64,000 bases of DNA, taken from assembly GCF_001194135.2 (NCBI RefSeq), contig NC_068981.1, positions 15,231,261-15,295,260 of the forward strand, in the 5' to 3' direction. Position numbers and translations under genes: made by a program. Below are positions 61,831 through 64,000 of the stretch, piece by piece. Below the pieces are notes generated by a model, which did no database searches, had not been told where the DNA came from, and saw nothing but the letters and a program-made list of their open reading frames with translations. Source of the stretch: Octopus bimaculoides. Its lineage: Eukaryota. Numbering within the stretch: position 1 is the stretch's first letter; each line of letters opens with the position of its first letter.

Positions 61831-64000
61831 CAAGTACTATAATCCTTTTAGGATCTCCAATTTTTTTTTTTCCTGAACCTTCTGATTCTTTTAATGTGCT
61901 AGTTTCCTGGTATTAAATTGATATTAATTAATATCGAATTTTTAACATATTATGTTAATTAACCATAATGACATTTCTCAAAGTTGGTAATTTCAAAGCA
62001 GAAATTATTTTCTGCAGAGATATTTCCGGATTCAGCGCGCCAAAACTAAGACTTTTGAATTTTAATCTTTATAATGGATAGAATCACGTGCACGTTTTCA
62101 CTGGTTGAAGACAACTAGCACGAGATTATGTTCGATTATAATAATATCGGCAATTTGTACTGATGATAAATAGACACTTTAATTTGGAAGTGCTGATTTT
62201 GAAACTATAGTCTACATATAACCGAGGTATGTATAATTTTCACTGGTCTCGCCCGCCTGTTTCCTTATTTGAGAACGCTGTTGGACATGAGTTTATTACT
62301 CATACAAGCATATACTCACACACACATACACACATACACTTCCACACACGCGCGCGCGCACACACACAAAAGGAAAGGGAAACACATGATCATATACAAG
62401 CACGCACCACACACACACACGCACGCATACGCACAAAGTCACATATGAAGACTTACATCCATACATACGTACGTATATAATTACACAAACTGAAACACAG
62501 ATTTAGTCTATTTAGTCATTTTAACTTCCAGAAATTTTAAACAAAATATATTTACATTCTTGCTTTGAAAATCCTAACCTCAACGACGTAATCTATATTT
62601 CATTTCTCTTATGGGCATTTCTATAGTTTTGTATTGCTATTCATTACTCTACATTAGGCATAGAAAAACATACATAATCGACATCGTGTCAAACTGTGAC
62701 ATACAAGTAGATACTGATTTTGATTCAGGGAATAAATCTTTTTAGGATTTTGTAATGACATATATATCATGAATCTTCTATTTGACTACAGAAACCAAGT
62801 TATAACAAAATACACTATATTTCTAGTTTCTTGGAGTAAGTGTTTTCCTTCTACCACTATATATTTCTTTGTTTTGTTTTGTTGTGTTCATGTAATTACA
62901 TTAGTTATGTCATCTTTCCTTTCAGCATTGCATTATATGAATAATATAAGGAAGTATCATAGAATTTATATAGATTCTTATACATTATACGGCGTTATTA
63001 TATTTCAGAGATGCGTTTGCCTTAGGGAAAAAAGCACCTTGCAAACATGTTTTGGATTTAGGATTTATATTGTAGCTAATAAGAATACCTTCTTCAAACA
63101 GTTTTCACATGCACTCATCAGGTTGATTAATACAAAGCAAAAACTTTTCCTGAAAATTTTGGTTTTCATATTAATCACTGAAGGAGAATAAAAATTCATG
63201 TTTACAATCACCCACAATCTAAATCGATGTAGATATGGAAACATTTCAAATTCTGTTGGGTTCACATATGCGAGGCGGAATAAAAGTCGATTATCAATAA
63301 TTGAGCAATGTTGAAGTATCATTTTGAGCAATGAAGTAGAAGAGAAGGAATTATGATGTAGTTTTGGTCATATAAAGTTGAGGAGGTCATCATGAGTGGT
63401 AAACTGTGCTTATGATGCATAACACCTATGAGTTAAAGAATTATTTATGATGAATTTATCTACTTAACTGTGTGTGATGATCCACCTTTAAGCCACAAGA
63501 GCAAACTCACAACATATAATACTTTTAAAAGTATCACGCACTTAAATTTGGTTAACTACAAATATGTAAGTGTGTGGGTTTGTGTATGTGCATGGGTGTA
63601 TGTGTGTGTGTAATACGTGTGCAAGGGAATTTGCTAATGTGTTTATCTATTTGCACCAGAATCTTTAAATATATGCATGCTCACGGATACAAACACACAC
63701 ACTCACACACATTGTGCAAGGCATAAATATAAATTCAATAAAAGTTTGAACTCCTATACAATATTCCCGTGTGAATATTTTAAATGTGAGAACAATCGAA
63801 TCAGGAAACTTGTACAGATATTTTTTTAAAGCCTTGATGCTTGTAGATTATGTGATTAATGTTGTTTTTCGTGTTAATTGAAGTCGGGTTATTGTTCATT
63901 TAGTTACATTTCCATAAGTTACTATGAGATTTTTGATAACTTACTGAACTCCATAAAAATATATTATTATAGTCTAGAGAGAGTGCCTAAAAAAATAAGC

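Noticed and set aside
62210-62235. Possible 16-nt microexon (actatag|...ACCGAG|gtatgt)
   Set aside because: Weak polypyrimidine tract and no context; indistinguishable from chance.

Overview
AT-rich, repeat-saturated eukaryotic genomic DNA with 13 assembly gaps (about 3.8 kb of N, most flanked by (TA)n or (TAA)n). The SINE families and microsatellite style point to a coleoid cephalopod, most likely Octopus; this is inferred from repeat content and was not checked against a database. No intact host protein-coding gene can be called with confidence. Nearly all long ORFs in the supplied track are artefacts of N-runs or microsatellites. The supportable content is mobile-element debris: at least three tRNA-derived SINE families (here A, B, C), two CR1/L2-group LINE fragments, R4/Dong-type REL LINE pieces next to (TAA)n, several Penelope-like (RT + GIY-YIG) remnants, and one near-full-length decayed mariner. 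Most interesting: (i) several hammerhead-ribozyme-like folds tied to Penelope remnants and to a ~200-bp (TA)n-flanked non-autonomous element present twice; (ii) a possible decayed SUEL-lectin/CUB-like exon cluster at 45.3-46.3 kb; (iii) a ~310-bp-arm inverted repeat at 47.6-48.5 kb that could form dsRNA; (iv) a LINE 3' end resembling the SINE A tail. All alignments and translations were done by eye, and element boundaries are approximate.
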